Part shown: piece by piece, positions 17,411 to 26,002 of the stretch
Position numbering within the stretch: position 1 is the stretch's first letter
How the letters are laid out: each line of letters starts with the position of its first letter
From: an uncultured Gammaproteobacteria bacterium
GTDB lineage: Bacteria > Patescibacteriota > Patescibacteriia > UBA1558 > S5-K13
DNA: 64,000 bases
Assembly: GCA_964640635.1 (NCBI GenBank)
Contig: CAZXFD010000003.1
Coordinates: 65,149-129,148 of the forward strand
Reading direction: 5' to 3'
Notes under the pieces: generated by a model
Database searches by the model: none
What the model saw: only the letters and a program-made list of their open reading frames with translations
Told to the model about the DNA's origin: nothing
Program-made: the position numbers and the translations under genes

Positions 17411-18175
17411 ATGGAGAAAAATAGTTTGATAATTTTAGCTGCAGGAAGAGGAAAAAGAATGAATTCTGATATGCCTAAGGCCCTCACCAATTTAAATGGA
17501 ATATCTTTGATTGAAAATCTTTTAAATACAATTAAAGAAACGAGTCATAGAGACGTTTCTATTATAGTAGGCTTTAATGGTGAGATGATTATAGAAAAAC
17601 TTGCAGGAGCTTCATATAATTTTTTTTGGCAAAGAGAACAGCTTGGAACAGGACATGCTGTGAAACAAGCAGAAGAATTTTTGAAAGGAAAATATGACAA
17701 TCATTTGATTCTTTGTGGGGACTCACCATTTATTTCAAAAGATACTATAGAGAGCATTATAAGCGCACATGAAAAAGATGCATCCGTTATTACAATGGTA
17801 ACTTTAAAATTAGAAAATTTTGATGGTGAAAATAATGGTTTTTATCATTTTGGAAGAATTATAAGAGATGAGGATGGAGCTGTCTTAAAAATTGTAGAAT
17901 TTAAAGATGCAAGCGAAGAAGAAAAAAATATTACAGAAGTAAATGTAGTCGTTTATTGCATTAGAGATAACTGGTTATGGAAAAATTTAGAAGAAATTAA
18001 GAATAACAATAATCAAAAGGAGTATTATCTTACAGATTTAATTCAAATAGCAAGATTACAAGGACTTAAAGTGAATTCGATTATTTCTTATAAAGGTTTT
18101 GAGATGATGGGTGTCAATACACCAGAGGAATTGTTGAGGGCACAGGAGATATATAAAAAAAGCCATAGCTATTGA
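17411..18175 (+). CDS. sugar-phosphate nucleotidyltransferase (GlmU/MobA-like NTP-transferase domain)
   Basis: LAAGRGKRM glycine-rich loop; HLILCGDSPFI; start at Met 17411 after a GGGAG site. Confidence 0.6.
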   Translation: MEKNSLIILAAGRGKRMNSDMPKALTNLNGISLIENLLNTIKETSHRDVSIIVGFNGEMIIEKLAGASYNFFWQREQLGTGHAVKQAEEFLKGKYDNHLILCGDSPFISKDTIESIISAHEKDASVITMVTLKLENFDGENNGFYHFGRIIRDEDGAVLKIVEFKDASEEEKNITEVNVVVYCIRDNWLWKNLEEIKNNNNQKEYYLTDLIQIARLQGLKVNSIISYKGFEMMGVNTPEELLRAQEIYKKSHSY

Positions 18176-18282
18176 CATTATTTTGTTTTTACATTAGTAT
18201 TTTTAAGGTAATAACTTTATTTATCCTGTTTACTCGCTGAGTTTGAATATTAACAAAGTGGGTAACTGGAGCAAGGAAATAT

Positions 18283-18621
18283 ATGAAAAAAGAAATCAAA
18301 CAAGGAATAATAGGATTAGAAATAGAACCAGGCATGATTGTCAGAGTTCATGAGAAAATCAAGGAAAAAAATGCAAAAGGTGAAGAGAAACAAAGAGTTC
18401 AAGTTTTTGAAGGTATTGTGATTGCAAGAAAACATGGAAAAGAGGCAGGAGCAACAATAACAGTAAGAAAAGTTTCAGACGGTGTTGGCGTTGAAAAAAT
18501 ATTTCCAGTACATTCACCACTTATAGAAAAAATAGAGGTTAAGAGTAGAATAAAATCTACAAAAGCAAAGCTTTATTATCTTAGAAGTTATAAAAAAAGA
18601 CTCAAGAAGGTTGCTATTTAA
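18283..18621 (+). CDS. rplS: 50S ribosomal protein L19
   Basis: 112 aa; [49 protein letters not shown] is typical of bL19. Confidence 0.85.
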   Translation: MKKEIKQGIIGLEIEPGMIVRVHEKIKEKNAKGEEKQRVQVFEGIVIARKHGKEAGATITVRKVSDGVGVEKIFPVHSPLIEKIEVKSRIKSTKAKLYYLRSYKKRLKKVAI

Positions 18622-18704
18622 ATTATTTTGGCACGGGTGGCGGAACCCCGCACAATTCCTCTTCGGCAAGCTCAGAGTCATTTGCGGGGCAAGTGGTATC
18701 GCTT

Positions 18705-18792
18705 GCTAGAGTGGTGGAACGGTAGACACGCAAGCTTGAGGGGCTTGTAGGAAAATTTTCCTGTGGAGGTTCAAATCCTCTCTCTAGCACCA
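18705..18792 (+). tRNA. tRNA-Leu (anticodon GAG), long variable arm, encoded CCA
   Basis: manual fold: acceptor GCTAGAG/CTCTAGC, anticodon stem CAAGC/GCTTG, loop TTGAGGG, variable arm AGGAAAA/TTTTCCT, T arm GGAGG-TTCAAAT-CCTCT, discriminator A; the listed ORF 18623..18814 is spurious. Confidence 0.8.
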
Positions 18793-18836
18793 TTCTAATT
18801 TTGAAATTTATCATTTGATATTTGTAATTTAATCAG

Positions 18837-18913
18837 GGGTCCTTGGCTCAGTTGGTTAGAGCGTCTCGTTTACACCGAGAAGGCCATAGGTTCGAATCCT
18901 ATAGGACCCACCA
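18837..18913 (+). tRNA. tRNA-Val (anticodon TAC), encoded CCA
   Basis: acceptor GGGTCCT/AGGACCC, D arm GCTC-AGTTGGTTA-GAGC, anticodon loop TTTACAC, T loop TTCGAAT. Confidence 0.85.
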
Positions 18914-19095
18914 TTCGACTCATTCCGCTTTGCGGAATTCGCTCATGGTCTTCATTCCGCTCTGCGGAATTACGACCATACTCATTATATAAATGAGTCG
19001 AATGCCCTGAGTTTATCGAAGGGCACGAGAAAAACGTTTTCCATTGGAATCGAGTGTCCTGAGCGAAGTCGAAGGACAGAATAATAAAATCATAT
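18914..19095 (+). repeat. cluster of nested and duplicated hairpins between tRNA-Val and the GIY-YIG gene
   Basis: two copies of attccgcTTTgcggaat-type hairpins, tcgactcat/atgagtcga and catggtc/gaccat inverted repeats, and two cctgag...tcgaagg units. Confidence 0.35.
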
Positions 19096-19398
19096 ATGTC
19101 ATTCTTTGTTTATATTGCCAGGTGTAAGGATAAAACCCTATATACTGGGTATTGCAAGGATTTAAAGTCTAGAGAGAATAAACATAATATAGGAGAAGGC
19201 GCAAAGTATACTAAGTATAGAGTGCCTATAAAAATCATATATTCTGAAGAATTTGAAATTAGGAAAGAGGCAATGGCAAGAGAAAGACAGATTAAATCTT
19301 GGACTAGAAATAAAAAAGAAAATCTGATAAAATATAGAGACTCTGAAAATATCAAATTTTCAATTCCCAATGTCAAATCAAGTCATAAGATCAAATGA
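19096..19398 (+). CDS. GIY-YIG nuclease superfamily protein (YhbQ/UPF0213-like)
   Basis: FFVYIARCKDKTLYTGYCKDLKSRENKHNIGEGAKYTKYRVPIKIIY is a classic GIY-YIG core. Confidence 0.75.
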   Translation: MSFFVYIARCKDKTLYTGYCKDLKSRENKHNIGEGAKYTKYRVPIKIIYSEEFEIRKEAMARERQIKSWTRNKKENLIKYRDSENIKFSIPNVKSSHKIK

Positions 19399-19474
19399 CA
19401 TAAAATTGGACATTATAAATTTGAGTTTTGAAATTTATTTGTAATTTGAAATTTGTCATTTGAAATTAAATTAG

Positions 19475-19551
19475 GGGCTTGTGGCTCAGCTGGTTAGAGC
19501 ATCTGCTTTGCAAGCAGAGGGTCGTGGGTTCGAATCCCACCAAGTCCACCA
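19475..19551 (+). tRNA. tRNA-Ala (anticodon TGC), G3:U70 identity pair, encoded CCA
   Basis: acceptor GGGCTTG/CAAGTCC with G3-T70 wobble, anticodon loop TTTGCAA, T loop TTCGAAT. Confidence 0.85.
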
Positions 19552-19558
19552 TCAAAGA

Positions 19559-19586
19559 ATCTCTCCCAAAAAGGAGAGTTTTTTGT
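19559..19586 (+). terminator. intrinsic terminator after tRNA-Ala
   Basis: ctctcccaaaaaggagag hairpin plus TTTTTT. Confidence 0.5.
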
Positions 19587-19643
19587 TTGACAAAATATTT
19601 TTATATTGATAGTGTTTATTAAAGTTTATAATACGGAGGAAGC

Positions 19644-19955
19644 ATGATAAAAGTAGGTGATCATTATTATCCAAGTAGCATAGAGGATTATCTAAAAATA
19701 TTTTTAGATATGAGAGATAACCATTCAAATGAATTGCCAGATGTAGATGTTAGAATATTGGATGGGTTTGATAAAGACAGTAAATCTATTATTAGATGTA
19801 AATATAAGTGTCGGGGCAATTATATATTTGGTTTATCCTTGAGACTTGAGGCGGTTGTAGTGAAAAAACTAGTCACTGACATTGGGCTTATTAAAAAAAT
19901 AAAGCAGTTTAGAAATCACGATTTCAGGTTTTCTCATGGGGAATTTACGACTTAA
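19644..19955 (+). CDS. hypothetical protein
   Basis: 103 aa; RBS GGAGG. Confidence 0.5.
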   Translation: MIKVGDHYYPSSIEDYLKIFLDMRDNHSNELPDVDVRILDGFDKDSKSIIRCKYKCRGNYIFGLSLRLEAVVVKKLVTDIGLIKKIKQFRNHDFRFSHGEFTT

Positions 19956-20066
19956 GAAGAGATAGACATGATAAATGATATTTTAAACGATGTTATAGAT
20001 TATCTACAAAAAAACAAGGCATCTTAATAGGTGCCTTTTTATTATGATAAAAAAATCACCAAGCTA

Positions 20067-20807
20067 TTAAACTTGGTGATTATCTTTTAATTTTTGATAA
20101 TACTTATCTGCTCTACCTATTGCGGTTATGAGCATTAACTGTTTGTCACTAAAATCCGTTTCCTCATCGATAGTATTTTTATCTAAACTAGTCTTGTAGT
20201 CAAACAATCCATTTGAATTTGTTCTGGTGTATATTTGAAACATATCGTAGTTCATTGTGAGTTCCCACCCTATCTCAGATATACTAAGCAGGGCGTTTTC
20301 TATGGCTTCTTCAAGGCTTTTAAAGTCATTTTCACAGTTTATGTACTCTCCATTTTTCTCTATTCCGTATTCCCATTTAGACGACAATGGATTTTGTCTC
20401 GTATATATAGAAAGAGATGACGTTTCTTGAGCAAATTTCCATTTGTAATTTTCAATGTGCATCGCAATATTTTTTTCGGCGATTTCAGCATCTAAAACCG
20501 GAACAATCAATTCAGCACTTGTGCTTACTATTTTATACTCATAATCCCCATCAAAGTTTTTATGAATATAAAACTCAAAATTATCGTTTTGAGCAAAGAG
20601 TTTCCAGGCGTGTCGACTGATGTGACCCTTAGCTTTTTCAAAAGCTTTTTTACAGCTAGAAGCTCCAGTTACCACCTGTCTATTGAGAGCATATTCAACA
20701 TGCGTATTTCTAGAACATATGTATATGTTCCAGTATTTCTTTTCTTCTTCAATGGCAATTAGTTCATAGCCACCATAAACCAAGGTTTTTTTATTTGATT
20801 TTGACAC
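20067..20807 (-). CDS. hypothetical protein (247 aa)
   Basis: ORF-track start 20861 is a TTG; a GTG at 20805..20807 is preceded by AGGAGG (4-nt spacer) and is the more plausible start. Confidence 0.5.
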   Translation of the reverse strand: MSKSNKKTLVYGGYELIAIEEEKKYWNIYICSRNTHVEYALNRQVVTGASSCKKAFEKAKGHISRHAWKLFAQNDNFEFYIHKNFDGDYEYKIVSTSAELIVPVLDAEIAEKNIAMHIENYKWKFAQETSSLSIYTRQNPLSSKWEYGIEKNGEYINCENDFKSLEEAIENALLSISEIGWELTMNYDMFQIYTRTNSNGLFDYKTSLDKNTIDEETDFSDKQLMLITAIGRADKYYQKLKDNHQV

Positions 20808-20885
20808 ATTTCCTCCTATAAATTTTTTAGTAATATTTAAAACTACTATGAATAATAACAAAAGTCAAGGTGGGCGAGTCATATA

Positions 20886-20912
20886 AAAAAGAGGCGATTT
20901 TTTTCGCCTCTT
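20886..20912. terminator. bidirectional terminator
   Basis: aaaagaggcgatttttttcgcctcttt. Confidence 0.45.
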
Positions 20913-20928
20913 TAGATTAGTGTTTTCA

Positions 20929-22083
20929 TCATTGATCTAATGCATCTAGAACTTTTTGAAAGATTTTTTTCATTCTTTCTGGATCCTCGATTTTCAATGC
21001 AAGCTTTTCGCACAGCTTCTTTACCCGTTCATTTTCAGAGCTTAGATTTTTTAGAATGACATCCTTCTTGCTTTCAAGTAGTCCTTTAGAAATTTTCAAT
21101 GCAAGCTTTTCACAAAGTTCAACAACATATTTATTCTCAGACCTTTGACAATCTATTAGATATTCCAAATACTCGATTAAATCTTTTTCATCTATTTTTA
21201 GTGCAAGTTCTTTGCATAGATTAGAAAGATGTTTGAACTTCAGATGAATGCTCTGAGCTTTTTGACAAGCGATTAGATATTTGAGTTCTTTTGCCAAATC
21301 TTCTGAGCATATTTTCATGGCAAGTTGTTTGCAGACAAATTGATCAAACCAATCACTACCGAAATTAATACTTGCTATAAGACTTGTTTGATCTTTTATT
21401 GGACCATCAAACCAATTAATTATTTGATATTCTCTATGGACTAAATTTTTCACAAAATATTTTAGATATTTTATTAACTTTTCTTTTGAAATCTTTGATA
21501 ACAATTCTTGAACAATGTCCCGAGTATCAGAGCTTATTATAGGGCCACATTTAGAGGCAATATCAAGAATATAATAAAAGTTTGTAATTACAATTTCTTC
21601 GCTTACCTTTAGAAGTAGTTTTCCATAAAGTGTATTTCTACTAAGATACCATTTTTTTGCGCTTTCTGATTGTTTTTCTAGAAGCCATTTAAAATGCTTT
21701 TCTATGTGTTGTGTTGGAATTTTTAAAGCAAGGTCTTGATAAAGAGTAGAATCATCATCAAAAACACTCCTATCAACAAGATATTCAAAATATGGAATAA
21801 GATCTCCTTCTGGAATTTTCATTGCCAATTCTTTACATAAGGCACTGTCTTTGCGAATGAAGCATTTTAAGTGACTTGCTAATGAACCGGCGTCAATCCT
21901 AAGGGCAATTTCTCTACAAAGATAAGCTATTTCTTTGTCATTTGAATTTTGATAACCAAGAATTTCTTCTAATAATGGTTCTACTTTGTCTTGAAATTTT
22001 TGACCATTAAGGCTGTTTAGTCCTTGTAAAAATTCCAAGTCTGTAAGTCCATTGGATCTGATGATTTGCCACAAGCTATTCAT
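20929..22083 (-). CDS. alpha-helical repeat protein (HEAT/ARM-like, about 35-aa repeats)
   Basis: recurring C(K/R)ELA(L/M)KI..xDLI.Y(L/F)EYL units seen at least five times. Confidence 0.55.
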   Translation of the reverse strand: MNSLWQIIRSNGLTDLEFLQGLNSLNGQKFQDKVEPLLEEILGYQNSNDKEIAYLCREIALRIDAGSLASHLKCFIRKDSALCKELAMKIPEGDLIPYFEYLVDRSVFDDDSTLYQDLALKIPTQHIEKHFKWLLEKQSESAKKWYLSRNTLYGKLLLKVSEEIVITNFYYILDIASKCGPIISSDTRDIVQELLSKISKEKLIKYLKYFVKNLVHREYQIINWFDGPIKDQTSLIASINFGSDWFDQFVCKQLAMKICSEDLAKELKYLIACQKAQSIHLKFKHLSNLCKELALKIDEKDLIEYLEYLIDCQRSENKYVVELCEKLALKISKGLLESKKDVILKNLSSENERVKKLCEKLALKIEDPERMKKIFQKVLDALDQ

Positions 22084-22166
22084 TTTTTCCTCCTAGCTTT
22101 GTTTTTTTAAGTTGCTTTTTTGTGATTTGCCATAAACAAAAAATCCAGCCGAGCTGGATTTATATG

Positions 22167-22292
22167 TTATGCTTTTTGTTTTCTTCCTTTTGCTTTTGTC
22201 TCGAGCATCAGTTTTTTGGCCGCAAGACGTTTCTTGGTTTTGTGATTACTTGTCTTTTGCGGTCTTCCAACAGCGTGGTCTCTTTTTGCCAT
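22167..22292 (-). CDS. small basic (Lys/Arg-rich) protein, 41 aa, not in ORF track; ribosomal-protein-like composition
   Basis: minus-strand translation MAKRDHAVGRPQKTSNHKTKKRLAAKKLMLETKAKGRKQKA; followed by hairpin aaatccagccgagctggattt; identity not established. Confidence 0.4.
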   Translation of the reverse strand: MAKRDHAVGRPQKTSNHKTKKRLAAKKLMLETKAKGRKQKA

Positions 22293-22449
22293 ATAGTTGA
22301 TATTATGAATATAAGATATTTTATCCTTTTATAGGAATAAAGTCAATCTACTTATAATTATGCTTTAAATGGTATATTTTCAAAAACAATATTTTAATAT
22401 TTTTATAAATAAAATAGAACCCGTCTTTGATAATCGGGTTCTATCGTGG

Positions 22450-22845
22450 TTATTGTATTTTCATGAGATTTTTAATTTTCTTCCAGGCTTTTGAACTTGG
22501 GTGTTTATTTGTATTTATAAATACCTTTATTCCAAAACATTTAAAAAACCCTCGTGAAGAGTCAGAGTCACTTATACCTAGAACATACTTGTTATTACTA
22601 ATAATTTCTTTAAGGGTTTTTGAATCATTGCAAACGATTAACTCACTTATTAGTATGACATTAAAATCCAAAAGGTTTTTTTCAGACAGATTAACCACCG
22701 GCGTGATTTCAGAAGTAATTTCAAGGGTTATCCCATCTTCTTGTGCAATTGGTATTAATAGGTTCAGAAATTTTAATTTCCACGCATTAATATCAAGTAG
22801 CACCATTTTAATGGTTTTTTGCTGATTCGACATTATTCCTCCCAA
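22450..22845 (-). CDS. receiver-like domain protein (atypical)
   Basis: 131 aa; MVLLDINAW ... FNVILISELIVCND ... YVLGISDS; phospho-acceptor Asp position not conserved; weak. Confidence 0.35.
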   Translation of the reverse strand: MGGIMSNQQKTIKMVLLDINAWKLKFLNLLIPIAQEDGITLEITSEITPVVNLSEKNLLDFNVILISELIVCNDSKTLKEIISNNKYVLGISDSDSSRGFFKCFGIKVFINTNKHPSSKAWKKIKNLMKIQ

Positions 22846-22941
22846 TATTTAGTTAATCAATTTTAACATATTTTTTTATTTTGTAAAGAGTTGTGGACTG
22901 AAAATGTTTTATTTTCATAGTATTTTTGCTACTATGATTTT

Positions 22942-24093
22942 ATGAGAAAAATTTTATTAATTTTTGTATATATTTTTGCATTTTTTGGCTTTATTATGGC
23001 AATAGGATTTTTTGCTGTGAAATTTGAACTTACAAATGTAAAGGGCACTTCTGATGATAAAAGTAGTATTTATAATGATTTTGCATCAAAACAAAAAGGA
23101 TCATTAGATCAAAGTCAAGATATTGAAAATTCTTCTAGCACCCTTTCAAGCTTCATCGATAAAATTGATGCAAGGATTAAGAGTTTGGAGACATTCAAGA
23201 ATAATGAAAAAGAAAATTTATGTAAAATCTTTGTTGTTTCAAATTATTCAGACTACAATGCAAAAGTAATGTTTGATATTTATAAAAAATATTCATCAGC
23301 TCAAATATTAGATAAAATGGTTTTCGCATTTTCACTTAAAAAAGATATTTCAAATTTTGATGATCAAGTAAAAAATTGCAAAGATACGAACATAACAGAC
23401 ACCACACTAAATGAGAAATTATCTAACATCAAAAATCAAAATATTTTTGTTTGGCAAAATAGCGAACATTGGGCTATTATAAAAAGCGCACTTATAAAAG
23501 ATAAAGATAAAATAAATGAAGTATCTCGTATAACAGGTGTTGATTCTAGAAAAATAGTCTCTATTCTTATAGTAGAGCAATTAAGATTGTATTATACACA
23601 GAGAGAGCTTTTTGAGCGTGTTTTTAAACCACTTCAAATATTAGCAAGTGCAAATAAAATGGCTTGGGGTATAATGGCCATAAAAGAAAAAACAGCTATT
23701 GCCATTGAAAATAATCTCAAAGATAAAAATTCTGATTTTTATCTTGGTAGTGATTATGAAAATATGTTGGCCTTCAAGACCAATGATGTAGTCAAAGAAA
23801 GATACGATAGACTTATAAATGAAAAAGATCATTACTATTCATATCTTTATGGCGCGCTATATATAAAGCAAATTGAAGCCCAGTGGAGTAAACATGGATA
23901 TGACATAAGTGATAGGCCAGAAATACTTGCTACCATATTCAATATTGGTTTTAAAAACTCTATTCCAAAAGAAGATCCACTTGTTGGAGGGTCAAGTATA
24001 GATATATTAGGATATAAATATAGCTTTGGTTCACTATCTCACGAGTTTTATTATTCAGGAGAAATGGAAGATGTATTTCCATTTGAAAAATAG
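22942..24093 (+). CDS. membrane-anchored hypothetical protein
   Basis: 383 aa; N-terminal TM helix. Confidence 0.55.
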   Translation: MRKILLIFVYIFAFFGFIMAIGFFAVKFELTNVKGTSDDKSSIYNDFASKQKGSLDQSQDIENSSSTLSSFIDKIDARIKSLETFKNNEKENLCKIFVVSNYSDYNAKVMFDIYKKYSSAQILDKMVFAFSLKKDISNFDDQVKNCKDTNITDTTLNEKLSNIKNQNIFVWQNSEHWAIIKSALIKDKDKINEVSRITGVDSRKIVSILIVEQLRLYYTQRELFERVFKPLQILASANKMAWGIMAIKEKTAIAIENNLKDKNSDFYLGSDYENMLAFKTNDVVKERYDRLINEKDHYYSYLYGALYIKQIEAQWSKHGYDISDRPEILATIFNIGFKNSIPKEDPLVGGSSIDILGYKYSFGSLSHEFYYSGEMEDVFPFEK

Positions 24094-24206
24094 ATATTTT
24101 CAATCTAAATACTTGTGTAAATAATTAAATAAATCAGTTGAGTTTTTTATAAGTTTGATTTCAAATCCAAGTTTATGATAAATACCAGATGAGTCTTTAG
24201 AGTCAT

Positions 24207-24743
24207 CTAAGAGCAACACATCCCCGTAGGATAGGTTGTTTTTTTTTTCAGATATGAGTCAAAAAACGGAATTTGATTATTCATGGTATCATATTTTAGT
24301 ACCCCGAGTTCACAGGATATAAGAAAATCATCAAAAATATTATTTAGAGAAAGGCTGGGTATGGTAAATTTTCTAAAAGTATCCATATTATCAGTGGCTA
24401 CAATTACTTTTATTTTTTGTTTTTTTATATCTTGGATTAAATCTATAATCTCTGTAGAGCCAAAGGTCATATTTTTACAGCTTTCTTCTAGACTAGAGCG
24501 CACTATTTCATAATTTAGATTATTAGCATTTGCAAGATACTTACACACTTGCTCATAAGTTAATTCGCCTTTCATCCATTTGGGAATAAGATTTTTATTT
24601 TTTTTAAATAGCCAATCTTGAATAATTTGGTAGTAATTATTATATTTATGATTTGCATTTTCTAATTGAGACCAAAAAAAAGAATAAGAAAGTGTTTTGT
24701 GCCAATCTATGAATAATACTTTTGGTATATTTATTTTAATCAT
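24207..24743 (-). CDS. hypothetical protein
   Basis: 178 aa; contains an A10/T10 homopolymer near its 3' end (24238..24247). Confidence 0.45.
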   Translation of the reverse strand: MIKINIPKVLFIDWHKTLSYSFFWSQLENANHKYNNYYQIIQDWLFKKNKNLIPKWMKGELTYEQVCKYLANANNLNYEIVRSSLEESCKNMTFGSTEIIDLIQDIKKQKIKVIVATDNMDTFRKFTIPSLSLNNIFDDFLISCELGVLKYDTMNNQIPFFDSYLKKKTTYPTGMCCS

Positions 24744-24870
24744 AGTTTAAGTATATCAAAAAAATAAAACTATTTTTATCTTGAAATGCAGGTATTGTGA
24801 ATTGACACAGGTATTTATGTGTGATATTGTGTAATGTTCTTAAATAAAAAATTAGTTCTTAGGAGGAACA

Positions 24871-25191
24871 ATGGAACTACTGCAACGAATACACCCCAAA
24901 GACATTAAGCTCCCTTTTCAGTTTTATGGAGCTTTTGCAGGAACTGGAGATTCAAAATTCGGCGCTACTGAATCAGAGATGATTGCAAAGAACATTGTCA
25001 TTATTTCTCGTAAAGAAAATAAATGGCAACCGTTTTCATGGAATGAGTATTGTCTGGCCTGTAGTCATGAAGCCACTGATGATGAAAAGTATATTCTTGA
25101 TAGACTAGTTAAACAGGAATACCTTTCTTTTAATGAAGGGAAGTATTCGATAACGGAGTCGTTTTTAGAAGCTTTAAAGGAATATATTTAG
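24871..25191 (+). CDS. hypothetical protein
   Basis: 106 aa; RBS AGGAGG; terminator gtggagaattattctccac plus T-run at 25214..25240. Confidence 0.5.
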   Translation: MELLQRIHPKDIKLPFQFYGAFAGTGDSKFGATESEMIAKNIVIISRKENKWQPFSWNEYCLACSHEATDDEKYILDRLVKQEYLSFNEGKYSITESFLEALKEYI

Positions 25192-25293
25192 TAGTTTTTG
25201 TAAAAGTTAATTAAGTGGAGAATTATTCTCCACTTTTTATTTTCATAAAAAATAAAAATACCCCTAGCAACAGAGGTATTTTTTAAAGAAGCA

Positions 25294-25902
25294 TTATTTT
25301 TTTGTAGTTTTCTTTTTTGCTACTTTTTTCTCAACAACCTTTTTCACAGTTTTTGGCTTAGCAACGGCCTTTTCTTTTTTTATAGAAACTTCTTTCTTTT
25401 TTGTTGCATCATTATTTTTTACTGGTGTTGGAGAAAAGTGTTTTAAGATCTCATCTAGTTTGTCATTTAGAATTTTGAATTGTTTATCAAATTGAGAGGC
25501 ATTGTTTGAACTACTCTTGGTATCTTTATTTCCACCCTCTTGTTTTTCAAAACACACTGAGCAATATACGGCTTTACCATTTGTTGGTCTAAATGGAACT
25601 TCGCAAGCTACTCCACAATCTGCACAAGTTGCTTTGAAGAATTCTCTATCCCCATTACCTTGTCTAGAAGATTTTCTAAAATCTGGTCTAGGAGATGATC
25701 CAGAGTTGTTTTTCTCTCTAAAACAATCACTACAGAAAATTGGCTTATCACTTGATGGTTTAAATGGAACCTCACAAGAAACTCCACATTTATCACAGAT
25801 TACTTTGTGCATTTCTTGTTGTTCTCTTCTATTGTCGCGATTATCAAATCTTCTTCCAGAGTCACGTCCTCTAGAATTGTTTCTTCCATTAAAATCTCTC
25901 AT
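25294..25902 (-). CDS. tandem zinc-ribbon protein with Arg/Gly-rich N-terminus and Lys-rich C-terminal tail (probable nucleic-acid binding)
   Basis: two copies of C-x2-CG-x-(S/A)CEVPF(K/R)P-x6-8-CSxCF; RGRDSGRRFDNRDNRR N-term; KKxVAKKKTTKK C-term. Confidence 0.55.
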   Translation of the reverse strand: MRDFNGRNNSRGRDSGRRFDNRDNRREQQEMHKVICDKCGVSCEVPFKPSSDKPIFCSDCFREKNNSGSSPRPDFRKSSRQGNGDREFFKATCADCGVACEVPFRPTNGKAVYCSVCFEKQEGGNKDTKSSSNNASQFDKQFKILNDKLDEILKHFSPTPVKNNDATKKKEVSIKKEKAVAKPKTVKKVVEKKVAKKKTTKK

Positions 25903-26002
25903 AATTTTGTAATTACTAATTATACTAGAAGTTTAGCTTTTTAATTGATAAAAGGCAAGAAAGAAATAAAAAAAGAGCCCTCTTTAGCGAAGGCTCATGT
26001 TG

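Noticed and set aside
18623-18814. 63-aa minus-strand ORF
   Set aside because: It lies entirely across the tRNA-Leu(GAG) gene and its upstream hairpin. GC-rich tRNA sequence commonly yields spurious antisense ORFs.
20067-22083. Defence-system or toxin-antitoxin interpretation of the 247-aa plus HEAT-repeat gene pair
   Set aside because: No nuclease, ATPase or other defence-associated motifs are recognisable. The evidence is insufficient.
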